Positions 24,148 to 34,562 of a DNA stretch of 64,000 bases are shown piece by piece (within the stretch, counting starts at the first letter, position 1; each line of letters opens with the position of its first letter). The notes beneath the pieces are model-generated. The model worked only from the letters and a program-made list of their open reading frames with translations. It was not told the origin of the DNA and did no database searches. The stretch covers positions 448,001-512,000 of the forward strand of contig CBDBOV010000005.1 of NCBI GenBank assembly GCA_965208575.1, read 5' to 3'. Both the position numbers and the translations under genes were made by a program. This DNA comes from Spirochaetia bacterium (GTDB lineage: Bacteria > Spirochaetota > Spirochaetia > SZUA-6 > Bin103).

Positions 24148-24717
24148 TCAGGCCAGCCAGGTGGTGAGCTCGGCGGCCGGCTTGCGCTTCGAGACCGGTA
24201 CCCGTTCGGCAAATCCTGCGTACAGCAGGCCGACCACCCGTTCACGCTCGGGATCGACGCCCAGGACCGTCAGCGCCTCGGCATCCTCGGTCAACGCGCT
24301 GGTGCTCCACTGCATGCCGATGCCGTCCTCCCACGCCGCCAGCATGATGTTCTGGATGGCGCAGCAGGTGGCGGCGTAGTCCTCGCGATCGAGAAAGGCA
24401 TCGCCCGACACGGCGCAGGTCACCGCCATCACCGACGGCTTGCTCATCAGCTTCTTGATCGTCTTTCTGCCAATCTCGCGTAGCGCCTCCGGCTCGATGT
24501 CGACCTTGACGTCCGCCTGCTTGATGCGCGCATAGATCCGGCACAGCCGCTCCTTGGCCTCCGGTCCCACCACGATGAAGCGCCACGGCTCGGTGAGCTT
24601 GTGGTTGGGCGCCCACACCGCCGCCTGCAGCGCCCGCTCGAGCCGCTCGCGCGGCACGGCCGTGGGCTGAAAATCGAAAATCGAACGCCGTTCGGCGATG
24701 GTTTGGAGTACCGACAT
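24148..24717 (-). CDS. Nitroreductase family protein
   Basis: RRSI, APNHKLTEPWRF, CAIQNIMLAAW. Confidence 0.9.
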   Translation of the reverse strand: MSVLQTIAERRSIFDFQPTAVPRERLERALQAAVWAPNHKLTEPWRFIVVGPEAKERLCRIYARIKQADVKVDIEPEALREIGRKTIKKLMSKPSVMAVTCAVSGDAFLDREDYAATCCAIQNIMLAAWEDGIGMQWSTSALTEDAEALTVLGVDPERERVVGLLYAGFAERVPVSKRKPAAELTTWLA

Positions 24718-24792
24718 CAGAGCTGCAATGCTATCGTCGCCGGTGAAATCCCGTCAACACACCAAAGAGAAGAGGATGGAGAGGATCCCGAC

Positions 24793-26235
24793 ATGTACGA
24801 CGAGTTGCACCGCCCGCAGTTCCACTTCAGTCCGCGCCATTCGTGGATGAACGACCCCAACGGGCTGGTCTGGTACCGCGGCGAGTACCACCTGTTCTTT
24901 CAGCACACGCCCGGTTTCATGAACCACGGCGCCAACTCCTGGGGCCACGCGGTGAGCACCGACCTGGTGCACTGGCGGGAACTGGACACCGCCATCGCAC
25001 CGGACGAGTACGGCTACATCTGGTCCGGCTCCGCGGTGATCGACCCCGACGACAGCGCCGGGTTCGCGGCCGACGGCGAGCAGGCCCTGGTAGCGGTGTA
25101 TACCACCGGCGGTTTCGGCGCACCGCGGCCCAACCAGCCGGGCGCCAACCGGTGCGTGCAGGCGATCGCCTACAGCACCGACCGCGGGCGCACCTTCCGG
25201 CGCTACGCCGGCAACCCGGTGCTCGGCCATCTGCGCGCCGAAAACCGCGACCCCAAGGTGATCCGGCACGCGGCCACCGGGCAGTGGATCATGGCGCTGT
25301 TCCTGGACGGCAACGACTTCACCCTGTACGGCTCGCCCGACCTGAAGGAGTGGCGCCACCTGTGCGACCTGGAGGTGGCCGACACCGGCGAGTGCCCGGA
25401 CCTGTTCGAGCTGCCGGTGGACGGCAACCCGGCCGACACCCGCTGGGTGTTCTGGGGCGCGGCGGGCGTGTATCGGCTGGGCAACTTCGATGGCGTCACC
25501 TTCACGCCCGACACGGCGGCGCTGCGCTGCGAGCTGGGTTCCAACGGCTACGCCGCGCAGACCTGGAGCGACGTGCCGGCGGAGGATGGCCGCCGGATCC
25601 AGATATCGTGGCTGCGCGGCGGGCACTTCCCGGCCATGCCGTTCAACGGCCAGATGTCGTTCCCGGTCGAACTGACCCTGCGCTCCACGCCGGAGGGCGT
25701 GCGCCTGTGCCGGCAGCCGGTGCGGGAGCTGGAACTGCTGCACCGGCGCACGCTGCGCTGGCAGGACCACCGCCTCAGCCCCGGCCTCGACCGCCACGAC
25801 CTGTACCACGTGCATGGCCCCGGCTGGCAGAGGCGCCTCGCCACCGACTACCGCAACCTGGCGCCCGAGACCACCTGGGATCTGTTCCACGTCGAGGCGG
25901 TGGTCGACCCCGGCGATGCCGCCGCGTTCGGGATCATCATCCAGGGCCACGACCTGCGCTACGACGTTGCCGGCGCCCGCTTCACCTGGCAAGACCACAC
26001 GATCCCGGCCCCGCGCGACGACGACGGAAGCCTGCGGCTGCAACTCCTGGTGGACCGCACCTCGCTGGAGCTGTTCGCCGCCGGCGGCCTCGCATCGGCG
26101 TCGTTCTGCTTCCTGCCGGCCGCCTGCGACATGCCGCTGGAACTGTACGCCGAGGGTGGCAGCGTTCGCCTGGTCTCGCTGGCGGTCCACGAACTGGCCT
26201 CCGCCTGGCCGGCTGCGACCGGGAACGGCGATTGA
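24793..26235 (+). CDS. GH32 glycoside hydrolase (levanase/beta-fructosidase-like)
   Basis: WMNDPNG, WSGSA, RDPKV, ECPDLF. Confidence 0.93.
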   Translation: MYDELHRPQFHFSPRHSWMNDPNGLVWYRGEYHLFFQHTPGFMNHGANSWGHAVSTDLVHWRELDTAIAPDEYGYIWSGSAVIDPDDSAGFAADGEQALVAVYTTGGFGAPRPNQPGANRCVQAIAYSTDRGRTFRRYAGNPVLGHLRAENRDPKVIRHAATGQWIMALFLDGNDFTLYGSPDLKEWRHLCDLEVADTGECPDLFELPVDGNPADTRWVFWGAAGVYRLGNFDGVTFTPDTAALRCELGSNGYAAQTWSDVPAEDGRRIQISWLRGGHFPAMPFNGQMSFPVELTLRSTPEGVRLCRQPVRELELLHRRTLRWQDHRLSPGLDRHDLYHVHGPGWQRRLATDYRNLAPETTWDLFHVEAVVDPGDAAAFGIIIQGHDLRYDVAGARFTWQDHTIPAPRDDDGSLRLQLLVDRTSLELFAAGGLASASFCFLPAACDMPLELYAEGGSVRLVSLAVHELASAWPAATGNGD

Positions 26236-27299
26236 ACGCGCCGAGCCAACCGCTTGCCGGCCAGGTTGCCGTGGTCGCCGGCGCCACGCGCGGCGCCGGC
26301 CGCGGCATTGCCCGCATGCTGGGGGCGGCGGGGGCAACCGTCTACTGCACGGGCCGCAGCGTGACCGGGCACCCCGCCACCGCCGGGCGTACCGAGACGA
26401 TCGACGAGACGGCGGCGCTGGTCACGGCGGAGGGCGGTCGCGGCATCGCGGTCCGGACCGACCACTCCGTGGAGCCGGAGGTCGAACGCCTGTTCGGACG
26501 GGTGCGCGCCGAGCAGGGCCGGCTCGACGTGCTGGTCAACGACATCTGGGGCGGCGACGAACTGACCGAGTGGGGATTGCCGTTCTGGGAGCTGTCCACG
26601 GTCAAGGGGCTGGAGATGCTGGAGCGCGCCGTGCACAGCCACATCATCACCAGCCGACACGGAGCGCCGCTGATGATCGAGCGCAACGCCGGCCTCATCG
26701 TGGAGGTGACCGACGGCGACACGCTCGGCTACCGCGGCAACCTGTTCTACGACCTGGCCAAGACCGCGGTCATCCGGCTCGCCTACGCCATGGCGGCGGA
26801 CCTGCACGCGCACCGCGTAACGGCGCTGGCGATCACGCCCGGGTTTCTGCGCTCCGAGGCGGTGCTCGACCGGTTCTGCGTCACCGAGGCGAACTGGCGG
26901 GACGGCATCCCCGCCGACCCCTATTTCGCCGAGTCGGAGACGCCCTGCTACGTCGGCCGCGCCGTGGCGGCGCTCGCCGCCGACCCGCAGGTTGCGAACA
27001 GGAGCGGCGGCCTGTTGTCGAGCTGGGCGCTCGCCAAGGAGTACGGCTTCACCGACCTGGACGGGCGCCGGCCCGACTGGGGCGCGTTCTTCGCGCGCCA
27101 GGTGCAGGCGATCGTCAGCCGTGGCGAGCCACCGGACGAGATGGACCTGTTCGTAGTCCGCTCCCGGCTCGGGCAGGCCGAACTCGACCCGTCCGCCGCC
27201 CAGGAAGCCGCCCACCTCCGCGCCTGGCTCGAATCGTCATCAGAGAAGGGTTTGCGCAACGAGCGCGCCTGCTCGGCGTGTTCCCGCTCGGCGACGTAG
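26232..27299 (+). CDS. SDR oxidoreductase
   Basis: TTG start; VAGATRGAGRGIA, LVNDIWGG, YDLAK. Confidence 0.88.
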   Translation: MNAPSQPLAGQVAVVAGATRGAGRGIARMLGAAGATVYCTGRSVTGHPATAGRTETIDETAALVTAEGGRGIAVRTDHSVEPEVERLFGRVRAEQGRLDVLVNDIWGGDELTEWGLPFWELSTVKGLEMLERAVHSHIITSRHGAPLMIERNAGLIVEVTDGDTLGYRGNLFYDLAKTAVIRLAYAMAADLHAHRVTALAITPGFLRSEAVLDRFCVTEANWRDGIPADPYFAESETPCYVGRAVAALAADPQVANRSGGLLSSWALAKEYGFTDLDGRRPDWGAFFARQVQAIVSRGEPPDEMDLFVVRSRLGQAELDPSAAQEAAHLRAWLESSSEKGLRNERACSACSRSAT

Positions 27300-27383
27300 C
27301 GGACGGCTGCAGACGAGCCCTTTGCGACAGAACCGCCCTGCTGCGCACCACAGGTGGACAAAAAGATCCCCTTCAGGTATTCA

Positions 27384-27395
27384 ATAGGTACCTAT
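27384..27395. promoter_or_regulatory. Perfect palindrome over the antitoxin start, putative operator
   Basis: ATAGGTACCTAT overlapping ATG 27394. Confidence 0.45.
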
Positions 27396-27666
27396 GGTCA
27401 GATTTGCCACGGTCAAGGAGTTGCGGCAGGACACGCCCCGGCTGCTTGCCGAGATCGGTACGGGGGAGCGGTTCGTCATTACCAGGCGCGGTAAGCCGGT
27501 GGCGGTCCTTGCCCCGTTCGCGCCGCGCGATGAGCCGCACCAGCCGGCCAGGCCGTTCGCCGAGGCGTGGGAGGAGATCGAGTCTGTCCTCCTCGACAGC
27601 GAACCCGCCTTTGCCACGGTGGAGGAGGCGCTCGGCCACTCCCGGCAGCGGCCGGCTGCGAGCTAG
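27394..27666 (+). CDS. Phd/YefM antitoxin
   Basis: TVKELRQDTPRLL, VITRRGKPVAVL. Confidence 0.88.
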   Translation: MVRFATVKELRQDTPRLLAEIGTGERFVITRRGKPVAVLAPFAPRDEPHQPARPFAEAWEEIESVLLDSEPAFATVEEALGHSRQRPAAS

Positions 27667-27670
27667 CGAC

Positions 27671-28108
27671 ATGATACTGGTCGATTCGGACGTGTTCCTG
27701 ATCGACCTGCGCTACCCGCGGGATCGGCGCTTCGGAGACAACCGGGCCTTCCTGGATCGGCTGGCGATCTCCGGGCAGGGCGCTACGACGATCTACAACC
27801 TGCTCGAGGTGTGCGGAGTCCTGTCGTTCAATCTCAACCGGCAGCAACTCCGGGAGCTGTATGCGCACTTTGCTCGACGCTTTCATATACGCGTAGTGCC
27901 GAACGCGGAACCGCGGCAGCGCCTGCCTGCGTTTCGGGTCGGCGACCTCCTGTCGATTGTTGAACGCAGGGTCTCGTTCGGGGATGCGCTGGTATTCGCA
28001 CTGCTGGAAGCCCAAAGAGCGGAAGATACGACCTTCGTAACCTGGAATGCCCGCCACTTTCGGGGCCGCACCGAGGTCGACGTACGGGAACCTCCCGCGG
28101 CGCTGTGA
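27671..28108 (+). CDS. PIN-domain toxin
   Basis: MILVDSDVF, NLLEV, GDAL, VTWNARHF. Confidence 0.8.
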   Translation: MILVDSDVFLIDLRYPRDRRFGDNRAFLDRLAISGQGATTIYNLLEVCGVLSFNLNRQQLRELYAHFARRFHIRVVPNAEPRQRLPAFRVGDLLSIVERRVSFGDALVFALLEAQRAEDTTFVTWNARHFRGRTEVDVREPPAAL

Positions 28109-28130
28109 CAGCGAAGGTGTGTCGCTCGCA

Positions 28131-29060
28131 TCACCCCAGCTTGCGGCGGGGGGCGGAGAAGCGGCCGGCGCCGCCGCGCAGGCGGGGGTCGAGCAGGTCA
28201 CGCACCGCGTCGCCGAACATGTTGAAGCCGTACACCACGACGGTCAGGAAGATGCCCGGCCACATCGCCAGCCACGGCGCCACCTGCATGTAGCGGCGCC
28301 CCTCGCGGCTCAGCAGGCCGCCCCAGCTCGGCACGCTCAGCGGCAGCCCGAAGCCCAGGAAGCTCAAGCTGGCCTCGGTGATGATCACCGAGCCGATGGT
28401 GATGCTGAAGATGATGATGATCGGCGGCATCACGTTGGGCAGCACGTGGCGCAGCACCGTGTGCCAGGTCCGGCTGCCGACCGCCTGCGCGGCCTGGAAG
28501 TAGGCGTTCTCCTTGACGGCGATCACCGCGCCCCGGACCACGCGCGAGCTGCCGATCCCGAACACCAGCCCCAGTATCACGATCACCTGCAGCGTTCCGG
28601 TGCCCAGGATCGACATCACCGTCATCAGCAGCAGCAGTCCCGGGAACGCCAGCCAGGCATCGACGATCCGCTGCAGCAGCAGGTCGAGCCGGCCGCCGAC
28701 GAACCCCGACAGGCCGCCGACCACGGTGGCCACCAGCACCGCCACCGCGGTCGCCGCGAAGCCGACCAGCAGCGACAGGCGCGCACCGTAGATGTTGCGG
28801 CTCAGGAAGTCGCGCCCGGTGTGATCGGTGCCCAGCAGATGCTCGGCGGAGGGGGGCCGCATGCTCTTCGTCACGTCCTGGCGCTGCTCGGGGTCGGGCG
28901 CCAGCACGTCGGCGAATACGCTTACCAGGACGAACACCGCGACGATCGCCGCGCCGAGCAGCCCCAGCGGCTTCTCCCGCACCAGGCGGTAGGAGAAGTC
29001 CGCAAGCGGGCCGCGCCGGGGTCGCCGTTCTGCGCCCACGGGATCGGCGACATTGCTCAT
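28131..29060 (-). CDS. Peptide/nickel ABC permease (DppC-like)
   Basis: LLGTDHTGRD, HVLPN, EASLSFLG, GDAVRDLLDPR. Confidence 0.92.
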   Translation of the reverse strand: MSNVADPVGAERRPRRGPLADFSYRLVREKPLGLLGAAIVAVFVLVSVFADVLAPDPEQRQDVTKSMRPPSAEHLLGTDHTGRDFLSRNIYGARLSLLVGFAATAVAVLVATVVGGLSGFVGGRLDLLLQRIVDAWLAFPGLLLLMTVMSILGTGTLQVIVILGLVFGIGSSRVVRGAVIAVKENAYFQAAQAVGSRTWHTVLRHVLPNVMPPIIIIFSITIGSVIITEASLSFLGFGLPLSVPSWGGLLSREGRRYMQVAPWLAMWPGIFLTVVVYGFNMFGDAVRDLLDPRLRGGAGRFSAPRRKLG

Positions 29061-30019
29061 TGGTACCGGATCCTCGGGTCGAGGGTGGCGTACAGCAGGT
29101 CGATCAGCAGGTTGTTGAACAGGATGAAGGTGGCGAAGAACAGGTTGATGCCCGACACCATCGGGTAGTCACGGTTGGACAGCGCCTGGATGAGCTGCGA
29201 CCCCAGGCCGGGCAGGTTGAACAGCGTCTCGATGATCACCGAGCCGCCCACCAGGATCGGCAACTGCAGCCCGATGAGGGTTACCACCGGGATCAGCGCG
29301 TTCTTCAGCGCGTGGCGGATCACGACCAGCCGTTCGCGCAGGCCCTTGGCCCAGGCGGTGCGCACGTAGTCCTGGCGCAGCACCTCCAGCATCATGGTGC
29401 GCGTCATCCGCATGGTGGCGGCCGACAGGAAGGTGCCGAGGATGAGGCCCGGAATGAGGAACATGCCGATGTGGGCCAGCGGATCCTCGCTGAACGGATA
29501 CAGCCGCAGCGGCGGCGCCCAGCCCCACCAGTTGCCGGGAAAGATCAGCACCATCAGGCCGAGCCAGAAGTTGGGGGTGGCCAGCCCGAAGATGGCGACG
29601 CTGCGCCCGGCGAAGTCGCCGGCGCTGTCCTGGCGTACCGCCGAGTAGATGCCGACCGGCAGCGCGATCACCAGGCCGATGAGCAGCGCCGCCGCCCCCA
29701 GCTCCAGGGTGACCGGCACCCGGGACAGGATCTTCCCCTCCACGGGTGCGTTGCCGAGTTGCAGGGACTGGCCGAGCGTACCGCGCAACAGGATCCCGGA
29801 CACCCAGCGCACGTACGCCACGTGGGCGGGAACGTCCAGCCCCATCATCGCGCGCAGGCGTTCCTTCTCCTCTTCGCTGCTGACCCCGAACTGCGTCTCG
29901 GCCGTCAGGATGTCGACCAGGTCGCCGGGCAGCAGGCGCACGGAAAAGAACACCAGCATGCTCAGGATGAGCAGCGTGGGAATGAACAGCAGCAGGCGCC
30001 GGATGACGTAGGTGCGCAT
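29057..30019 (-). CDS. Peptide/nickel ABC permease (DppB-like)
   Basis: YVIRRLL, QDYVRTAWAKG, RHALKNA, LDPRIRY. Confidence 0.92.
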   Translation of the reverse strand: MRTYVIRRLLLFIPTLLILSMLVFFSVRLLPGDLVDILTAETQFGVSSEEEKERLRAMMGLDVPAHVAYVRWVSGILLRGTLGQSLQLGNAPVEGKILSRVPVTLELGAAALLIGLVIALPVGIYSAVRQDSAGDFAGRSVAIFGLATPNFWLGLMVLIFPGNWWGWAPPLRLYPFSEDPLAHIGMFLIPGLILGTFLSAATMRMTRTMMLEVLRQDYVRTAWAKGLRERLVVIRHALKNALIPVVTLIGLQLPILVGGSVIIETLFNLPGLGSQLIQALSNRDYPMVSGINLFFATFILFNNLLIDLLYATLDPRIRYQ

Positions 30020-30031
30020 CGCGAAAAGAGT

Positions 30032-30060
30032 GTCCGGGGCCGCACATGCCGACCCCGGAC
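30032..30060 (-). terminator. Intercistronic hairpin between SBP and dppB
   Basis: GTCCGGGG...CCCCGGAC stem; may stabilise the SBP message rather than terminate. Confidence 0.45.
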
Positions 30061-30079
30061 GCGAAACTCGGGAGACCGC

Positions 30080-31864
30080 TTAGTTCATCTCGTCCTTGAG
30101 CTCACTATCCACCCACAGGCGCGCATAGATCTCGGTCCAGCCGCAGTTGCCCATCTGCATCTCGCCGTTGTAGCCGACCAGCCACGGCTGGGAAACGGTA
30201 AAGCTTGGCACCAGCGGTCCCCACAGGTAGGGGTGCTGCTCGACCACGTACAGGTCGAGCGCCTTCGCCATCTGGCGGTACTCGTCACCGGTGGTAGCCT
30301 GCAACTCGTTCCACTTGGCGTCGAACACCGGGTCGTTGAACGCGCCGCCGGTGAAGCTGGCGCCGGCGCGAAAGCCGCCGAGACTGCCGTCGAGGTTGCC
30401 GTAGTCGGCGCCGACGCTGACGTGCCAGACCAGACCGTCCCACTCTCCGGAACTGATCTGGCCGATGAACGATGCGTTGTCGGGCGCGCGGAGTTCCACC
30501 TCCACGCCGATCTCCTTCCAGTAGCCGACCTGCAACTCGTGGTAGCCGATGTCGGAGCGGTCGCCGTTGACCGACACCGTGGTGCGGAAGCGGACGCCGT
30601 CGGCGCCGCGTGGGTATCCGGCCTCGTCGAGCAGCCGTTCGGCACCTTCCGGGTCGTAGACCCAGTACTGCTGGAGTTCCTCCGGCCAGGTATCGAACGG
30701 GTTGTGGTAGCCGATCCATGCCGGCCCGATCGGCCCCCATGGCTGCGGCTTGGCCAGGCCGCGGTAGTAGTTGTCGTTGATCGCCTCGATGTCGATCGCC
30801 ATCTGCATCGCGCGCCGCACCATGACGTCGCTCAGGGGGCCTTGTTCCACCGCCTTGAACGCCAACGACGTCTCGGACCGGAACGAGATCGGCCAGTAGT
30901 GCATCTCCGGGTTGCGTTCCCGCAGATCCGCCACCGTGCTGATCGATCTGATGGCGGACGTCCCGAGGTCGCCGGAGATGTCGATCTGGCCGGAGCGCAG
31001 GGCCGCGACCCTGGTCGCCTCGTCACTCATCATCAGGAACACCAGCCGGTCGACGTAGGGGAGGCGGTTGCCGGGGAACTTCTCGTCGTCGCGCCAGTAG
31101 TTGGGGTTCTTGTCGAACGTGATCGACGTGGCGCTGACGAACTCGTCCATGATGAACGGCCCGGTGCCAATGACGTTGTTGGCGTCGTGCAGTGAGTCGA
31201 AGATCTCCGGCGGATAGGCCCGGATGTGGCAGTCGTCGAACAAACTCCGGGCCGTGTCGGCGTACGGCTGCGACAGCTTGATCTCGAGCGTCAGGTCGTC
31301 GATGGCGGTTACCGACTCCATCGGGATGCGCTTGGTTCCCCACGTATGCGCCGCGGGCTCCTGGCCGGCGAACCTGCCGATGCCGAGCAAGCGCTCGTAA
31401 TTGGCGGCCAAGTCGTCGGCGGTCAGTTGGCGGCCGTTCACCGGCGGCTTGTCGTGAAAGAACACGTTGTCGTGGATCGTGTAGCGGTAGGTCAGCGGAT
31501 CCGGGTTCTCCCAGCTCTCGGCCAGCAGCCCGGTTACCACGTTCTCGGGGTAATAGGTAGTGAACGGGCTCAGACTGCGGTCGATGGCCCAGTTCGCCTG
31601 GCCGAGCTTGTCCATCGCCGGCCCGGAGATGAGCCCGGCGCCGTGGGTGATCCAGGTGTCGCCGTGGTCGTACGGCCGGGTCAGCAGCGCCCCGGTAATG
31701 GTACCGCCATACTCCGGCTTGACCACCTGCTTGCCGGTGGACGGATCGGTCACGTACTCCTTGTCGGCGCTCGCCGCGCCGGCGTCGCTCTCGCCGCTCG
31801 CGAAAGTAACGGTAGCCACCAGCGCCAACGCCAGTGCCATGAACCAGGTGAATCGAATAGCCAT
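30080..31864 (-). CDS. Family-5 ABC solute-binding protein (inverted unit)
   Basis: Signal peptide, PEYGGT, LAESWE, IGTGPF, GYPRGADGVRF. Confidence 0.92.
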   Translation of the reverse strand: MAIRFTWFMALALALVATVTFASGESDAGAASADKEYVTDPSTGKQVVKPEYGGTITGALLTRPYDHGDTWITHGAGLISGPAMDKLGQANWAIDRSLSPFTTYYPENVVTGLLAESWENPDPLTYRYTIHDNVFFHDKPPVNGRQLTADDLAANYERLLGIGRFAGQEPAAHTWGTKRIPMESVTAIDDLTLEIKLSQPYADTARSLFDDCHIRAYPPEIFDSLHDANNVIGTGPFIMDEFVSATSITFDKNPNYWRDDEKFPGNRLPYVDRLVFLMMSDEATRVAALRSGQIDISGDLGTSAIRSISTVADLRERNPEMHYWPISFRSETSLAFKAVEQGPLSDVMVRRAMQMAIDIEAINDNYYRGLAKPQPWGPIGPAWIGYHNPFDTWPEELQQYWVYDPEGAERLLDEAGYPRGADGVRFRTTVSVNGDRSDIGYHELQVGYWKEIGVEVELRAPDNASFIGQISSGEWDGLVWHVSVGADYGNLDGSLGGFRAGASFTGGAFNDPVFDAKWNELQATTGDEYRQMAKALDLYVVEQHPYLWGPLVPSFTVSQPWLVGYNGEMQMGNCGWTEIYARLWVDSELKDEMN

Positions 31865-31965
31865 AAATGAGTGCCCCTCCTCGGGTCGGGCTGGCGGATC
31901 CTCGGGCCCGCCGAATCGTCATCGTGTCACACCCGCAGCCACCCGTCAAGGAAGCGTTCAGGCCG

Positions 31966-32469
31966 TTACTCGGCAGGTGGCGGCAGCAGTTCGTCCGAAT
32001 TGCGAGCCCTCAGTTGCTGCAGGAGCAGTGGTGAGATTCGATAGCCGCATTCGGCCATTCGTTGAACTACGTCCTCGGCGCTGTCGACGATCGATCTCCG
32101 TTCAGCCAGATGCAGCACGCGTGCGGTTCCGATGTAGGTCAGTCCATGCCGCGTCGCCTCGCGCCGTGCCAGTCGATCGTCCACGATCAGCAACGCATCC
32201 GCCGTTCCGAGTGCCAGTTGTAGCGCCTCGACTTCGCCGCGTCCGAGGCTCCGAGGAAGAGGTGGGCTTGTAGTAACCGACACCACGTTCAGCCAGCCCT
32301 CGTTCGCGGCCTGTTCGATTCGACGGCTGTCCTCGTCCGCCTTCGCGCTGCATTCGAGCCAGACGGCCTCAGGAATCCAGAGGCGGGAGAACAGCTCTCT
32401 TGCAATGAACAACGAATCGGCCTTGGCGAGAGCGATCAAGGGGCCGGCATCGCTTATGACGCGAGCCAC
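31966..32469 (-). CDS. DUF3368 PIN-like toxin
   Basis: ISDAGPLIAL, LGRGEVEAL, VDDRLAR, GYRIS. Confidence 0.85.
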   Translation of the reverse strand: MARVISDAGPLIALAKADSLFIARELFSRLWIPEAVWLECSAKADEDSRRIEQAANEGWLNVVSVTTSPPLPRSLGRGEVEALQLALGTADALLIVDDRLARREATRHGLTYIGTARVLHLAERRSIVDSAEDVVQRMAECGYRISPLLLQQLRARNSDELLPPPAE

Positions 32470-32792
32470 GGAGTGACATCGCCGCGTTCGCTGTCCGTGG
32501 TTTCATCATGCCGGACGATCTCAATGCCCAGGCCGCCGAGATGCTGGACAAACTCGCTCAACGGAAGCCCGCTGATTCTCGCGGCCTTGCCCAGCGACAC
32601 ACTGCCGCCGCTGTAGAGACTGGCCGCGAGGGCCGGGCGCACGCCTGCCTCGGTCTCGGTCAGCGACCTGTCCAGGTGTATCAGCAGGGCGTCCGGTTCG
32701 TTACCCTTCAGGATCAGAACCGGCCCCTCCCTTGCCCGCCGCAACGCCAGCGACGGGTTCTTCTTCAACTCGCGGACATTCGTGGTGTGCAT
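32454..32792 (-). CDS. Antitoxin with Phd-like N-terminus and UPF0175 C-terminus
   Basis: NVRELKKNPS; SLYSGGSVSLGKAARISG. Confidence 0.8.
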   Translation of the reverse strand: MHTTNVRELKKNPSLALRRAREGPVLILKGNEPDALLIHLDRSLTETEAGVRPALAASLYSGGSVSLGKAARISGLPLSEFVQHLGGLGIEIVRHDETTDSERGDVTPWLAS

Positions 32793-32821
32793 CGCGCCGT
32801 CTCGCTCCTCCCCAGTAGTAC

Positions 32822-32920
32822 CTACATAGTGTAGTCTACATATCGTGGGAATGGAAGGCGCCGCAGGATCTCGACGCCGCGGGAGACGTATTGGTATAGA
32901 ACCACAAATACGGTAGTATT
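32822..32920. promoter_or_regulatory. Operator-like palindromes between two divergent TA operons
   Basis: CTACAtagTGTAGtCTACA (32822-32840) and AATACggtaGTATT (32907-32920). Confidence 0.45.
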
Positions 32921-32926
32921 GGGCCA

Positions 32927-33193
32927 ATGAAAACCACCATCGATCTTCCGGATGCCCTGTACCGGAAAGCGAAGATCCGCGCGGCCGAGCGCGGCACCAC
33001 GCTGCGCGCGTTGCTCACCGAGTCGCTGGAGGCCCACCTCCTCGAACCGCAGGCGCCGGGTCCGGAGCTTCCGCAACGGGACCGGTTCCGCACCGATGAG
33101 CGCGGCTGGCCGGTTCTGCAGCGGCCGGCCGGCGACGACCGAGTGGTCACCGACGAGTTCATCAACCAGCTTCGGGAACAGGAGGGGGTGTAA
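32927..33193 (+). CDS. RHH-type antitoxin
   Basis: MKTTIDLPDALYRKAKIRAA. Confidence 0.82.
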   Translation: MKTTIDLPDALYRKAKIRAAERGTTLRALLTESLEAHLLEPQAPGPELPQRDRFRTDERGWPVLQRPAGDDRVVTDEFINQLREQEGV

Positions 33194-33199
33194 CCTGGC

Positions 33200-33637
33200 A
33201 TGGCGTTCCTGCTCGATGTGAACGTCTTGATCGCGCGCATCGACCCTCGGCACGAGCACCATGAAAGGGTGATCCGCTGGGAACACGACAATGCGGCCGA
33301 ACATCTCGTTACCTGCCCGCTGACGCAGAACGGGTTCGTCAGGATCTATGGCCATCCGGGATATCCCGACGGGCCCGGTTCACCCGCCGAGGCGCTGGTA
33401 GAACTGCGCCACCTGCTCAATCTGCGCACGCACCGTTTCGTCTCCGATTCGCTCTCGTTGTCCGATACGAGGGTGTTTGGCTCTCTGGCCGGCATCACCC
33501 CGAAGCAGCTCACCGACGTATACCTCCTCGGACTGGCGGTCAGCGAAGGAATCGACTTCGCCACCACCGACTCCCGGGTTCGCCATGAAGCCGTCGTTCG
33601 CGGCGAGCAGCGGCTGCACGTGATCCCGTACGGGTAG
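33200..33637 (+). CDS. vapC: VapC PIN toxin
   Basis: LLDVNVLIA, CPLTQNGFVRI, TDVYLL. Confidence 0.9.
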   Translation: MAFLLDVNVLIARIDPRHEHHERVIRWEHDNAAEHLVTCPLTQNGFVRIYGHPGYPDGPGSPAEALVELRHLLNLRTHRFVSDSLSLSDTRVFGSLAGITPKQLTDVYLLGLAVSEGIDFATTDSRVRHEAVVRGEQRLHVIPYG

Positions 33638-33671
33638 TAGGGGATGGCAACTCGCGTGTAATCCGCCGCCG

Positions 33672-34562
33672 TCAGGTTCCTGTCCCGGCGAGGTGGTGGC
33701 CGGGGATTCGGTTCCAGGGGGCGGGGGCCGCGTTGCCGGCGTAGTCGGGCAGCAGGTGGCGGATGCGGTTCAGTTGTTCCGCCGGGAGGTCCGGAGGCGG
33801 GGCGGCGTAGAGGCGCTCCTGGAAGGCGGCGCGCAGCGCTTCGCTGAGTTCGTCGTAGCGCGGCAGGTACCACATGGTGATCACGGTGCGGCGGCGCGCG
33901 GTGGCGTTGCCGTGGGCGGCGTGCAGCAGGCGGGCGTCGCCGATCACCAGGTCGCCGGCGCGTACCGGCACCTCCACCTCGTCGGGATGGCGACGGTAGG
34001 CGGGGGAGGTGGCCGGATCCTCGTGCCGCACGGTGTCGTCGTGGCCGGTGCCGATGGCGTCGTGCACGTCGCAGCGCAGGCGATGGGAGCGTGGCAGCAG
34101 CCGCAGGCAGCCGTTCTCGGGCCGCGTGTCCACCAGGTACCACATCAGGAACAGTTGGTGCGGCAGCGGGTCGGCGCTGACCGGATCGTCCCAGAACGGC
34201 CAGTCCTGGTGCCAGTAGAGCTGGCTCGAGTGCGGCTCCTTGGCGATCACGAAACCGCTCCAGTAGCGCGGGCGCGGAAAGCCGAGCGCATGCAGCGCCT
34301 GCCATGCCTCCGGCAGGGCGATCAGCTCCGCGAACACCGTATCCTGGTGCTCCATGGCGAAGATGCTGCCCTGGCCGCCGGAGCGCTGCTTCTGTTCCTC
34401 GCCGAGGGCGTCGAGCATGCGGCCGGTGACGATGCGCAGCCGCAGCAACAGTTCTGCCGGCAGCAGCCCGCGCAGCACGCAGAACCCCTGGTCGACCAGT
34501 TGGCTGCGCCCCGCCGCCAGCGCGACGTGTGCGTCAACAAGGCTCTCGGTCGCCGTCCTCAC
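33672..34562 (-). CDS. PhyH-family dioxygenase
   Basis: YWHQDW, NGCLRLLPRSH, LLHAAHGN. Confidence 0.88.
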   Translation of the reverse strand: MRTATESLVDAHVALAAGRSQLVDQGFCVLRGLLPAELLLRLRIVTGRMLDALGEEQKQRSGGQGSIFAMEHQDTVFAELIALPEAWQALHALGFPRPRYWSGFVIAKEPHSSQLYWHQDWPFWDDPVSADPLPHQLFLMWYLVDTRPENGCLRLLPRSHRLRCDVHDAIGTGHDDTVRHEDPATSPAYRRHPDEVEVPVRAGDLVIGDARLLHAAHGNATARRRTVITMWYLPRYDELSEALRAAFQERLYAAPPPDLPAEQLNRIRHLLPDYAGNAAPAPWNRIPGHHLAGTGT